Positions 15,101 to 24,354 of a stretch of DNA of 33,842 nt are shown piece by piece (within the stretch, counting starts at the first letter, position 1; each line of letters opens with the position of its first letter). The DNA lies in the NCBI GenBank assembly GCA_003695265.1, contig RFII01000050.1, forward strand, positions 1-33,842, written 5' to 3'. The notes under the pieces are model-generated. The model did no database searches, was not told the DNA's origin, and worked only from the letters and a program-made list of their open reading frames with translations. The position numbers were made by a program, and so were the translations under genes. The stretch is from Candidatus Woesearchaeota archaeon (GTDB taxonomy: Archaea; Nanobdellota; Nanobdellia; Woesearchaeales; J072).

Positions 15101-15862
15101 TTAATAAACCTTCATAACCTTTCTGAGAGCTGAACTTAGCACTACTGCCATTATTAAGTAAGCCCAAATCCATGTCAACCCAAAAATCCTTATTTTTTTA
15201 TTGCTAACCCTTATTGAGGCAACGCCATCCTTGTTCACATACTGCAGCGGCTCCAAATACTCTTTTCCGTCTGTTATTAACACTTCTTGCTTGAACAAGT
15301 TGTTATCATAATTAAAAACAAGAGAATATTTACCCTTTTCACCTTTTAATCTCCAAACAACCTCTTTCTCCTTTATCGTTTTTGTTTCATCATCAAGCAA
15401 AGTAATCCCTTCCGGAACCATTAACGTAATGTTTCCTTCAGAGCCTCTTGCAAGCCTCACAGTAACATTGAACTCTTGGCCTGGCATGATCGGCTCATAA
15501 GCAATGTTTGTGGCAAGCCACGAAAAAATTATTAGGAGTGGTATTGTTGTGAAAAGCATAGGCCTCATGCTTCCCTTGAACTGCCTGCCCATCATATCCC
15601 ATGATTTCTTCTGCAATGCCATAACTTTTTTAGGGTCTTTTTCCTGCTTCATCTCATTCTGTAGCTTTTTCATATCCTCCTTAACTTTTCTCAACTCTTC
15701 CTGATTCGTTGTCTTCTTGTAAATCAACGTCGTTATAAAAGTAATTATTGCAGTGATTATAAAAACAGTCCAGAAGGGTGGCAGGTTCAGCAATGGCTTT
15801 AAAACAGGGTCAAGGATTGGGTTGAATATTTTTGCGAACCAGTTCAGTAATCCGCTAGCCAT
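15101..15862 (-). CDS. DUF106 / EMC3-TMCO1 (Oxa1 superfamily, Ylp1-like) membrane protein
   Basis: TM1, cytosolic coiled coil, MRPMLFTTIPLLIIFSW, terminal WIWAYLIMAVVLSSALRK; conserved position after secY. Confidence 0.9.
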   Translation of the reverse strand: MASGLLNWFAKIFNPILDPVLKPLLNLPPFWTVFIITAIITFITTLIYKKTTNQEELRKVKEDMKKLQNEMKQEKDPKKVMALQKKSWDMMGRQFKGSMRPMLFTTIPLLIIFSWLATNIAYEPIMPGQEFNVTVRLARGSEGNITLMVPEGITLLDDETKTIKEKEVVWRLKGEKGKYSLVFNYDNNLFKQEVLITDGKEYLEPLQYVNKDGVASIRVSNKKIRIFGLTWIWAYLIMAVVLSSALRKVMKVY

Positions 15863-17254
15863 TTAAGCCTCCATGAACCTTCTTAGCATTGGGTGCATGT
15901 CCATCATATGCTGCCTTGCAATCTCCTCATAAAGCCTGTAAACAATCATTACTGCAAGCAAAATTCCTGTTCCCCTGCTCAGTGCTCCGCTTAAGTCAGC
16001 AAGGCCTGCTAGTATCCCAACAGTGATTCCTCCCATAACAGTCAGAGGCCAAATATACCTGTCAAGTATTCTTTCCAAGACGCGCTGGTCTTTTCTGAAG
16101 CCAGGTATTTGCAGTCCTGACGACATTATGTTCTTTGCCTGGGTTTTTGCGTCCATTCCTGCTGTTTGAACCCAGAATATGGAAAAGATTACTGATCCTC
16201 CAAGCATGACTAGCAGGTACACCAACGAATGCAATAATGAAGACCAAGTGAAGCTCCCTTTTATTATAAGGCCTACAATGTTCGTGTGGGCTATCCATGC
16301 CACTAGGCCGCTTGCCGGCGTGTTGCCTACAAAAGTCCCTAAGAACGGGTGGCCCCAGTTTTGCAGCAAGTGAGCCCACAACTGCACGTTTGCCATGAGA
16401 GCAGCCACTAAAATGACTGGAATATTGCTCGTGTAAATAAAGTTAAGCGGCCACCTTATGCCATGCCCCCTCACACGGCCGAATGAGAGCGGAATTTCTA
16501 TCTTCATTGCCTGCGCGTAAACAGCCATTACAAAAACAAGCACTGTTGAAGCCAGAGCAGCAACTTTCAAGCCTGCTGTTACAGGGTCTCCTGCTGCTAA
16601 TGACTGGAATAATGCTGGAATCGCTCCTGCAGAAACTCCGGGGTTTGTAGGGCTCGGCAACGGGCTGAATGCCTGCACGAATATGCTCTGCGAGACGTTT
16701 GCTGCTATGAACAAGCTTACTCCTGACCCGAAGCCCCATTTGCTTACAACTTCATCCATAAAAACAATTAATATTCCACCTATTGTTAGCTGAGTGATTA
16801 AAAGGAACTGGAGGCTTGTATAAACTCCTGTTCCTGCCAACTCGGATGGGGGGGCTAATCCTCCCATTAAAACATAAATGCTTGCTTCAAAAACAGTGAA
16901 GCCTATTGTGAGAAGTTTTTGCAGTCCCTGAAACTTTCTCTTTCCATCATGGGATGTGAGGTCAAACTTGAATATGCCGCTTCCATTCAATAATTGAAGC
17001 ACTATTGACGCTGTGACAATAGGCCCTATTCCAAGAGAAAGAACTGAGCCGAAATGAGCTCCTAAAACAATGGACAAAAACTCAAACTGCTGAAGCGCAT
17101 TCTGCCCAAGCCCGAACAAAGGGAATAATCCAAGAGCATAAAACAGAATTAATATTAATCCAGTCCATTTGAGCTTTTCTTTAAAAGACAGCTTTTTTTG
17201 CGTCGGAGCAGCTACTTCTGGAAGGTTGAAAAGAATATTGTCTATCCAGCTCAT
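15863..17254 (-). CDS. secY: Preprotein translocase subunit SecY
   Basis: LPEV, LGIGPIVTASIVLQLL, DEVVSKWGFGSGVSLFI, YTSNIPVIL, GLQIPGFR, GTGILLAV; start ATG 17254. Confidence 0.98.
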   Translation of the reverse strand: MSWIDNILFNLPEVAAPTQKKLSFKEKLKWTGLILILFYALGLFPLFGLGQNALQQFEFLSIVLGAHFGSVLSLGIGPIVTASIVLQLLNGSGIFKFDLTSHDGKRKFQGLQKLLTIGFTVFEASIYVLMGGLAPPSELAGTGVYTSLQFLLITQLTIGGILIVFMDEVVSKWGFGSGVSLFIAANVSQSIFVQAFSPLPSPTNPGVSAGAIPALFQSLAAGDPVTAGLKVAALASTVLVFVMAVYAQAMKIEIPLSFGRVRGHGIRWPLNFIYTSNIPVILVAALMANVQLWAHLLQNWGHPFLGTFVGNTPASGLVAWIAHTNIVGLIIKGSFTWSSLLHSLVYLLVMLGGSVIFSIFWVQTAGMDAKTQAKNIMSSGLQIPGFRKDQRVLERILDRYIWPLTVMGGITVGILAGLADLSGALSRGTGILLAVMIVYRLYEEIARQHMMDMHPMLRRFMEA

Positions 17255-17255
17255 C

Positions 17256-17711
17256 TTACTCTTCTCCACTATCTTTTGAAGCGTTTAGAACATTAACTTG
17301 TCCGCCGGACTTTTGTACTTTTTCAACAGCCTTTTTTGACGCTTTTTCAACGCTTATGCTCATTTTTGTTTTTATGCTTCCCTTGCTTAGCAGCTTTTCG
17401 TAGCCGAGCTTTCCCAAATCTATAATGTAAGCATCTTTTTCTTTTGCTGCCAGGCCTTTTTTCTCCCACGCAGCCAGCTTTTTTTCAACGTCTCCCAAAT
17501 TTATTGCTTTGATTTTTTTCGCTTTCTTAAACCCGTACTTGCCGAAATACTTGCTTTTCCAAATGTTCGGCTTTTTTGCATCGCCTTTTTTTCCTGTGCC
17601 GGCCATACCTCTTCCTCCTCGGTTGCCTGCTCCGCGATGCTTTTTCATTGCGCCCCAGCCGTGTGTTTTGGAGCCGCGCTGCCTCGTATTCTTCTTTCTT
17701 TTGTTTCTCAT
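17256..17711 (-). CDS. rpl15: 50S ribosomal protein uL15
   Basis: RGSKTHGWG..KKHRGAGNRGGRGMAG. Confidence 0.97.
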   Translation of the reverse strand: MRNKRKKNTRQRGSKTHGWGAMKKHRGAGNRGGRGMAGTGKKGDAKKPNIWKSKYFGKYGFKKAKKIKAINLGDVEKKLAAWEKKGLAAKEKDAYIIDLGKLGYEKLLSKGSIKTKMSISVEKASKKAVEKVQKSGGQVNVLNASKDSGEE

Positions 17712-18157
17712 GGTAACATCTTTTTTATCAAATCATTAATTTTTTTACCCCTGTAACCAAGGGCGCCTCCTTTCGTGAAAGCCTTTTTTATGCCTTTCCT
17801 CTCAAAACCACCTCTTGGCGGGTGAAGGCAATAAACTCTCATTTTCTCATTCTTTACTTTTCTTTCTTTCAAACCCTTAAATAATGACTCATCGACTTCT
17901 CCCCATGTTACATAATCCTTGCACTTCCTTATCATGCCAAGAATGCTTGCATTGTTCGGAACAATAACGCAACTGTTTTTCTTATGTAAATTAAGCATTT
18001 TAAGGGTGTCCTTTATTGCGGATTTTACCTTGATATCTCCTCTAATTCTAATAACAGCAATGCTTTCCGATTTCTCGGCTTTTTTCACAGCAGCTTCTTT
18101 TTTTACTGCTTCCTGCTTTTTCTCTGCATTCTCATTTTTCTTCTGCTTTTGCTCCAT
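17708..18157 (-). CDS. rpl30: 50S ribosomal protein uL30
   Basis: AVIRIRG, TLKMLNL, DYVTWGE, LHPPRGGF, GALGYRG. Confidence 0.96.
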   Translation of the reverse strand: MEQKQKKNENAEKKQEAVKKEAAVKKAEKSESIAVIRIRGDIKVKSAIKDTLKMLNLHKKNSCVIVPNNASILGMIRKCKDYVTWGEVDESLFKGLKERKVKNEKMRVYCLHPPRGGFERKGIKKAFTKGGALGYRGKKINDLIKKMLP

Positions 18158-18983
18158 TTTGCGCTTTTCCCTCTACCACATTAAGCTTATCATAATGTTT
18201 TGGCTGAAGCTTTGTAGTCATAAGTTTCTTCAAAGCTTCAAAACACGCATATGCGAGGTTTGACTTTGTTGTCTGACCTTTTGTCTTTGACCACACATCT
18301 TTTATTCCAGCAAACTCCAATATTTTCCCGCATTCTTTCTCTATTACAAGGCCCGTTCCTTTAGGTGCTGGCATAAGCCTTATTTCTGACGAGCCCACTT
18401 TTCCTACAACTTCAAAGGGAATACTATGGTGCTCTTTGCACGAGCACGCCCAGCTTCCGCAACCCCTTCTTATTTTTATGATGTTCAGCTTAGCGTTTCT
18501 TTTTGCCTTTTCTCTAGCAGGCACTGTTTCTTTTGCTTTTCCATAGCCTATTCCAACAATCCCATTTTTGTTGCCAACAACTGCTAGGGCGCCGAAATGC
18601 GGCTTGTTGCCCTCTCTTGTCTTCTTTTGGGTTTGCTTGAAGACTCTTCTTTGGCCGCCGCCAAACTTTCCCTTTGATTGCCCTATTAATATTAAATCAG
18701 ACTCCAAATCAGGAACTAACACATCAACGATTTCCTCCTCAAGTATTGGAAGGCCTTTATCAAGCAATTCATTAATATCAACGATCTCTTTTTTCTGGAC
18801 TGCTTTTCCTACAGATGTTTTCGGATTCCATTCAGAAATATCAAACTCCTCCTTTTTCTCTTCCTCTGTACTTTCTTCCTCACTTTTTTCTTCTGCTGCT
18901 TCTTCAACAATTATAGGATCTTCTACTATTTCTTCCTTTTCTTCATTCTTTTCAACTGCTTTTTCTTCTTTTGCTTCTTTCAT
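18132..18983 (-). CDS. rps5: 30S ribosomal protein uS5
   Basis: WNPKT, RGCGSWACSC, HSIPFEVVGK, LMPAPKGTGLV, AGIKDVWS. Confidence 0.97.
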   Translation of the reverse strand: MKEAKEEKAVEKNEEKEEIVEDPIIVEEAAEEKSEEESTEEEKKEEFDISEWNPKTSVGKAVQKKEIVDINELLDKGLPILEEEIVDVLVPDLESDLILIGQSKGKFGGGQRRVFKQTQKKTREGNKPHFGALAVVGNKNGIVGIGYGKAKETVPAREKAKRNAKLNIIKIRRGCGSWACSCKEHHSIPFEVVGKVGSSEIRLMPAPKGTGLVIEKECGKILEFAGIKDVWSKTKGQTTKSNLAYACFEALKKLMTTKLQPKHYDKLNVVEGKAQNGAKAEEK

Positions 18984-19549
18984 TTTTTCAATGCCTTAAC
19001 TTTGTTTTTTATTTCCTCAAAATGCGTTTGGATTTTTGTGAGGTCGATGAGCTTTGACACTTTTGAAAATTGTGATTCTTGCTTTTTCATTGAGGCAAAT
19101 TTACTTATATGCTCTCCTCTTATACGATCCTCACCTGGAAATATCTCCTCTTCTGCCTTAAATTTCAGACCACCATCTCTTGCGCCTTTCAGGCAGGCGT
19201 AAATCCTTGATTTTTTTACTGGTGTATAAATACCTATATCAACGACTAATTCTTCAGGATGCTTTATTTTTTGCGCTAAAAGGAGTCCTGTCAAATAAGC
19301 TGCCGGCACGTTCGAGCAGCTTGCTTTCCACCCTAATTTGAGCAGTTCTCTTGAATGCGCAGATCCCAAAACTTTATCCCCTTGTGGCAAATACTTAATT
19401 ATTTGAGCCCAAATATGCTTTGATGATTTTCTTATTACAAGCCTGTCCTTTCCAGACATTACTATTTTTAGCCTTTTCTTGTAATTTGTTTTTCCTTCTC
19501 TTTTCCTTCGGTACTGAACAGTGTACCTTTTACTTTTTCTTCTTTGCAT
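18980..19549 (-). CDS. rpl18: 50S ribosomal protein uL18
   Basis: RRKREGKTNYKKRL, RLVIRKS, NVPAAYLTGLL, RIRGEHI. Confidence 0.97.
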   Translation of the reverse strand: MQRRKSKRYTVQYRRKREGKTNYKKRLKIVMSGKDRLVIRKSSKHIWAQIIKYLPQGDKVLGSAHSRELLKLGWKASCSNVPAAYLTGLLLAQKIKHPEELVVDIGIYTPVKKSRIYACLKGARDGGLKFKAEEEIFPGEDRIRGEHISKFASMKKQESQFSKVSKLIDLTKIQTHFEEIKNKVKALKK

Positions 19550-19997
19550 CTTTCCTCATCAATCCTTTTTCAGTTATGAAAAGCTTGACGTGTCTTTTGC
19601 TTCTGAAAAACCCTCCTTTTGCTTTCTGGTACAACGACCTGTAATCCTTTGATGTGATCATTTTTTTATCTCTGAGTTCTTGCAAAAACTTTCTCTGAAT
19701 TCTTATCCTGTTCATCCATGTTTTTTTCTTAGGATTCCTAGCTTTTTTCCCTCCTTTTCTCGAGCCTTTTCCTGTTCGCTTGCCTTTTCTTTTTTGTATC
19801 TGCCTTTTTTTTGCTCTCACCCTAGAAACACCTTTGGCAGGCTTGGCAGTTATTACTTTGTCATGTATTAATCCGCGAATGTCAGCTTTTGTAATAGCCT
19901 CTTTTATGTCTTCAATCCTTTCAGTATCAAAAACAACACGCTTCTCTGCGCATTTTAAGATTTGCGCTGCCAACTTTCTTTGTGATTTTAGCCTCAT
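19530..19997 (-). CDS. rpl19e: 50S ribosomal protein eL19 (L19e)
   Basis: QRKLAAQILK, AITKADIRGLI, GSRKG, WMNRIRIQR, YRSLYQKAKGG. Confidence 0.97.
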   Translation of the reverse strand: MRLKSQRKLAAQILKCAEKRVVFDTERIEDIKEAITKADIRGLIHDKVITAKPAKGVSRVRAKKRQIQKRKGKRTGKGSRKGGKKARNPKKKTWMNRIRIQRKFLQELRDKKMITSKDYRSLYQKAKGGFFRSKRHVKLFITEKGLMRKDAKKKK

Positions 19998-19998
19998 T

Positions 19999-20538
19999 TT
20001 ACAGTTTCTTTGTTAAAACCTTGTCCTTTTCTTTTTTCTCAAGCTTCCTCTTTTCTTCCTCGCTCTCTTCTTTTTCCACTTTTTTCTCAAGGCTTTTCTC
20101 TTCTTTTTCCTCGATCTTTTTCTTTTTCTTCTTCGCTTCTTTCATCTCTTTCCTTTTCTTCATGTCTTCCTTCCTTTTTTCAATGCTCTTTTTGACTTCT
20201 TTTAAATTAATGATTTTGATTCCTTCTTTTTCCGCAGCTTGCATGATTTCCAACTTCTTTTTTGTTCCAACAGCTGCTATCAGCACAGCGTCTGTATTTT
20301 TATTAATGCTTTTAAGCTCTTTCACGTTTTGGACGCGCATTATTCTCAAACCGTCCTTGCTGAGATGTTTTTCGCTCTTTTTTGTCCCATAACCTATACT
20401 AACCTTTTTTCCGTAGCCGCGCAGGCCAAGCCTTTTCTTGTTCTGAAGCCCTTTAGGCTTTCTCCACTTCATCTTGAGACGCTTCTTCTTATGAGCATCC
20501 TTTCTCACAAATTTTGGCTTTTTTCTTTTTTGTTTCAT
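19999..20538 (-). CDS. rpl32e: 50S ribosomal protein eL32 (L32e) with K/E-rich tail
   Basis: KKPKFVR, WRKPKGLQNK, IGYG, VGTKKKLEI. Confidence 0.95.
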   Translation of the reverse strand: MKQKRKKPKFVRKDAHKKKRLKMKWRKPKGLQNKKRLGLRGYGKKVSIGYGTKKSEKHLSKDGLRIMRVQNVKELKSINKNTDAVLIAAVGTKKKLEIMQAAEKEGIKIINLKEVKKSIEKRKEDMKKRKEMKEAKKKKKKIEEKEEKSLEKKVEKEESEEEKRKLEKKEKDKVLTKKL

Positions 20539-21080
20539 CTTACCTGTTTTCCATCTTTCTCAATAATGAATATTCCATCCTGGAAGATTCTTCTGTCCCT
20601 ATTGGTTATTCTGCAAAGTTGCTCTATTGATGCTGCTTGCTGGCTGACAACCTGCTTGTCGATTCCTTCTACAATTACTTCTTGTCCGTTGACTTTAACT
20701 GACACGCCGTTGCTTATCTTTACTTTTCTTGGTATTTTTTCTCCTAAAAAATTTTTAACTACGAACTCATCACCACTCACACTGACATTCATTGGGAAAT
20801 GGCCTGAACAAATCTTTAATTTATAAACGTGCCCTTCTGTAACTCCTTTTACAGCGTTTCTCACGTGCGCCTTGAAAGTTCCTAAAAGCTTTTTCTCCCT
20901 TTTCGTGCCTTTCTTTACTTCAAAAACAACTTTGTTCTGCTCTACTTTTGAGATTATGTTAGGGTTTGCAAGTTTCTTCTCTACTTCTCCCTTTTGGCCT
21001 TTAAATTTGAACAAGCCATTATTTAATTCAACGCTTACTCCTTCAGGCATTTCAACAACGACTTTTTGGTCTTCTCTCAT
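20535..21080 (-). CDS. rpl6: 50S ribosomal protein uL6
   Basis: GTFKAHVRN, HFPMNV, NFLGEK, DRRIFQDGIFI; start ATG 21080. Confidence 0.97.
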   Translation of the reverse strand: MREDQKVVVEMPEGVSVELNNGLFKFKGQKGEVEKKLANPNIISKVEQNKVVFEVKKGTKREKKLLGTFKAHVRNAVKGVTEGHVYKLKICSGHFPMNVSVSGDEFVVKNFLGEKIPRKVKISNGVSVKVNGQEVIVEGIDKQVVSQQAASIEQLCRITNRDRRIFQDGIFIIEKDGKQVR

Positions 21081-21094
21081 TTTCTTTATTTGAT

Positions 21095-21487
21095 TTAATA
21101 ACAATAACCAATCAGTTTTCCTCCAAGCGATTTTTTCTTGGCTGACTCATGGTCCATCATCCCTTTTGTTGTTGAGACTATGAGTATGCCAAAATTTTTG
21201 GCAGGCAAAAACCTTTTTTCGTATTTCTCATAACCATCTTTCTTGACTGAGTAATGAGGCTTTATGACTCCACACTTGTTTATGTTTCCCAAAAGATTGA
21301 TGTGAAGCTCGCCGCCTCTCTGGTTTTTAATCTCCTTATAATCACCAATATACATTCCTTCTTTCATAACGTCCAGCACTTTCTTTATCATGTTTGAAAC
21401 CGGCTTTACAATACATTCTTTCTTGCCAATTCTTTCACAGTTTAAAACGCTCGAAAACATATTGGCTAATGGATCATTTAATGTCAT
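21095..21487 (-). CDS. rps8: 30S ribosomal protein uS8
   Basis: NDPLAN, GNINKCGVIKP, EKRFLPA, STTKGMM; SD AGGTGA before ATG 21487. Confidence 0.97.
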   Translation of the reverse strand: MTLNDPLANMFSSVLNCERIGKKECIVKPVSNMIKKVLDVMKEGMYIGDYKEIKNQRGGELHINLLGNINKCGVIKPHYSVKKDGYEKYEKRFLPAKNFGILIVSTTKGMMDHESAKKKSLGGKLIGYCY

Positions 21488-21496
21488 GATTTTCAC

Positions 21497-21727
21497 CTAA
21501 CTGTATTTCTTGAACCCTATTTTTGATGCGATTTCCCTGAAGCACTGCCTGCACAGGTTCAAACCATATTTTTGTATGTGCCCCCTTATTCGGCCGCATC
21601 TCCTGCAGCGCTTAGTGCTTATGCCTTCCTTCCTGTCTTTAGGAACATTGTACTTTTTGAATCGCTTAATCTTGGCAGGCTTTTTGCCAATCTGCTTCAG
21701 CGCTTTTGTGTGCTCGCTGTAAGTCAT
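21497..21727 (-). CDS. rps14: 30S ribosomal protein uS14 (Zn-binding)
   Basis: CRRCG...[13 protein letters not shown]...GFKKY. Confidence 0.96.
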   Translation of the reverse strand: MTYSEHTKALKQIGKKPAKIKRFKKYNVPKDRKEGISTKRCRRCGRIRGHIQKYGLNLCRQCFREIASKIGFKKYS

Positions 21728-22239
21728 TCTTCTTCACCAACCTTTAAATTAAATTTTTGTTTCATGAACTCTATTGCTTCTTTCTTTGTTATCCTGTGGT
21801 TTCTTGGGATTTTTCTTTTCATGATTTTCCTTCTTTTTATCCTGAAACCAGGTCTTTGCAGAGTTATGCAGACCTCCAATCCCATAACCCCTATATTTGG
21901 ATCATATTCCAATTGAGGAATATCAATGTATTCGTGTATTCCAAAAGCAACATTTCCATTGTCATCAAACTGCTCTTCCTTAAGGCTGTTTTCCTTTGCC
22001 TCGAGCAATCTTTTTGCCAGCTCTTCAGCTTTCTTCCCTCTTATGGTAAGTTTGCAGCCTATTGGTAAGCCAGGTCTTAGGCCCCACGCAGCTATTCTCT
22101 TGTTTGTGAATGTTTTCACTGGGGAGATCCCAGTTATGTTTTTCAGCAGGGTCATTCCCTTCTTTAGCTTGTTCTGGTCTTTGCCTGCTCCAACGTTCAG
22201 CGTTACTTTCTCGATTTTTATTTGTTTCATAGGGTTCAT
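21724..22239 (-). CDS. rpl5: 50S ribosomal protein uL5
   Basis: [46 protein letters not shown]; start ATG 22239 or GTG 22245. Confidence 0.97.
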   Translation of the reverse strand: MNPMKQIKIEKVTLNVGAGKDQNKLKKGMTLLKNITGISPVKTFTNKRIAAWGLRPGLPIGCKLTIRGKKAEELAKRLLEAKENSLKEEQFDDNGNVAFGIHEYIDIPQLEYDPNIGVMGLEVCITLQRPGFRIKRRKIMKRKIPRNHRITKKEAIEFMKQKFNLKVGEEE

Positions 22240-22241
22240 TT

Positions 22242-22934
22242 TCACTTTATCTTTATTAATGGTTTATCCTTCCCTATCAAAAATTCATACCCTTTCTTTG
22301 TTTCAAATAATTCTCCTTTTTCGTTTTTGAATATAATCTTGTTTCCATCTATTTTCTCTAATTTTCCTGAATGACCAGCATACGTTCCATCAATGAAGTA
22401 AAGGATTGCGCCTTTTTCAGGCTTTATATGATCAACAATTTTTTGTTCTGGAATCTTTAGTATTAAGCTCTCCCCTACTTTGTAATCATCTTTCTCTACG
22501 AGAATATTCCTTCCGCCGCCGGTGTTTAACTGGATTTTTCCTTTTTTCAACACTGTTTTTCCTTTTATCCTCACTGGTTTGAGCTCAGCATCTTTTTTGT
22601 CAATTTGCAAAGCAAATAATTTGCCTTTCTCATCAAGCAAAATCCTAAAATACTCTTTTGTGCTTGGTATTTCAACAACATCCATGAGACCGACGTTGTA
22701 CTTCGGGTCTTTCCTTCTCCTTCCATCTACCAAAACACCTTTCTTGTTCAGCAGGAACATGACCTCCTTTCTCGTCTTGCACTTTGGAATTATTTCTTTA
22801 AACAGCGTGTTCAATGAAACGCCCAGGCTCAACGTGTGAGCTCCAGGATTAGGTCTTGTAATAAAAACACTGCCTTTTCTTTTAATAGGCCAGTTTTTCG
22901 GCGTTGCTAATCTTTTAAGGTGTTTTTTTATCAT
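22242..22934 (-). CDS. rps4e: 30S ribosomal protein eS4 (S4e)
   Basis: HLKRLATPKNWPIKRK, PNPGAH, VDGRRRKD..VGLMDV. Confidence 0.97.
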   Translation of the reverse strand: MIKKHLKRLATPKNWPIKRKGSVFITRPNPGAHTLSLGVSLNTLFKEIIPKCKTRKEVMFLLNKKGVLVDGRRRKDPKYNVGLMDVVEIPSTKEYFRILLDEKGKLFALQIDKKDAELKPVRIKGKTVLKKGKIQLNTGGGRNILVEKDDYKVGESLILKIPEQKIVDHIKPEKGAILYFIDGTYAGHSGKLEKIDGNKIIFKNEKGELFETKKGYEFLIGKDKPLIKIK

Positions 22935-23439
22935 TTTTTACCACATTAGCTTTTTTCTTGTCTTTTTTAGCAGCCTTTACGTCTTCTTTTCCGGACGCGT
23001 CTGATTTTTGTCCTTGTTTTTCGCTTTTCTCTTCTTTCTTTTCTTCTTTTTTAGGCTGCTGAGATTTTGCTTGTGTTCTTTTAAACCTTTTTCTCTCTTC
23101 TACTAACTCTTGTATCATCACATTTGAGCAGTTTATGGGTATTTGGGCTTTTGAGCCGTCCTTCTTGCTTATCTCTGCTTTTGAAACGTAAATCCTATGC
23201 TTTTTTGTGTCAACTCTCTCAACTTTTCCACTGTGTCCTTTTAGCTGTCCTCTCATAACAATCACTTTGTCACCTTTCCTCACCCTAATTGATCTCACAC
23301 CATACTTTTTCCTAAGCTCTTTTGACAAAGTGGCATGCATGAACTTGTCTCTTACGTGGAGAGGAGCATTATACCTGTATTTTCTCTGCTTTCTCGGTTG
23401 TTTGCTCTTATTCCACGATTTTGACCATTTTTTCTTCAT
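22915..23439 (-). CDS. rpl24: 50S ribosomal protein uL24 with K/E-rich tail
   Basis: SKQPRKQRKYRYNAPLH, LSKELRKKYG, VRKGDKVIVMRG; start ATG 23439. Confidence 0.96.
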   Translation of the reverse strand: MKKKWSKSWNKSKQPRKQRKYRYNAPLHVRDKFMHATLSKELRKKYGVRSIRVRKGDKVIVMRGQLKGHSGKVERVDTKKHRIYVSKAEISKKDGSKAQIPINCSNVMIQELVEERKRFKRTQAKSQQPKKEEKKEEKSEKQGQKSDASGKEDVKAAKKDKKKANVVKNDKKTP

Positions 23440-23451
23440 GATTATCACATA

Positions 23452-23853
23452 TTACACTATTATTCCAGCAAGTTTTGCAATTCCAGGCCACCTTTCGCAG
23501 GCCTCTTTTGCTATAGGGCCTTTGAAAGCAGTCCCTTTTGGGTTGCCTTTGTCATCCTTTAGCACGACAGCAGCGTTGTCCTCGAACTTGACTCTTGTGC
23601 CATCACTTCTCCTGAACTCTTTTTTCTGCCTGACAATAACAGCATAAACTACCTGTTTTCTCATCTCGGGCTTTCCTTTCTTCACAGAAGCCATGCAAAG
23701 GTCGCCTATTCCAGCGCTAGGCTTCCTGCCTTTCACTGTTTTCTTGTTCAGCACCGCAAATATCTTAATCATTTTAGCTCCTGAATTATCACATGTCGGA
23801 ACTATGCTGCCTATTGGCAACGCATTAGTCATCTTTGATTGCAGCGCTTTCAT
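23452..23853 (-). CDS. rpl14: 50S ribosomal protein uL14
   Basis: CDNSGAK, AVIVRQKKEFRR, FEDNAAV, KGPIAKEA. Confidence 0.97.
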   Translation of the reverse strand: MKALQSKMTNALPIGSIVPTCDNSGAKMIKIFAVLNKKTVKGRKPSAGIGDLCMASVKKGKPEMRKQVVYAVIVRQKKEFRRSDGTRVKFEDNAAVVLKDDKGNPKGTAFKGPIAKEACERWPGIAKLAGIIV

Positions 23854-24344
23854 TAATTCTCACCTTTTAGCTTGGCTTTTTTGACGCTCTTTTTTTGGTT
23901 TCTTTGCTTTGTGGACTGGGTTTTTTCTCCTTTCTCTGCTTCTTTTTTAACCCCAGTGTTTTTTTCCAGCTGAGCATTCATCTTTTCCTTTTTGTCAGTT
24001 GTTTTTCCTTTCATTTTTTCTTGCTCTATCTCTTCCTCGGCTTTTTCAAGCAGGTAGTCACGGTCTGTGCCGAGCACTTTTACAACAATAAATTTTTTAG
24101 TCTTACTTAATGGCCTGCATTCCTTTATCATTACAACATCAGTTTCTTTTGCATTTATTTCAGGCGGATTATGAGCTTTCACTCTCGTCCTAGCCTTAGC
24201 AAGTCTTTCATACTTTGCTATTTTTTTGACACGACTCCATTCCACGGTAACTGTTTTTGCTGATTTTGCTGATATAACTGTGCCTACAAAAGTGCGGCCT
24301 CTCGTCTTTATTTTCCTTTCCTTAGCTTTGGTCTTTGATTTCAT
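23853..24344 (-). CDS. rps17: 30S ribosomal protein uS17 with long charged tail
   Basis: RGRTFVGTVIS, KYER, AHNP, ECRPLSKTKKFIV. Confidence 0.96.
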   Translation of the reverse strand: MKSKTKAKERKIKTRGRTFVGTVISAKSAKTVTVEWSRVKKIAKYERLAKARTRVKAHNPPEINAKETDVVMIKECRPLSKTKKFIVVKVLGTDRDYLLEKAEEEIEQEKMKGKTTDKKEKMNAQLEKNTGVKKEAEKGEKTQSTKQRNQKKSVKKAKLKGEN

Positions 24345-24354
24345 TTTCAGCTAG

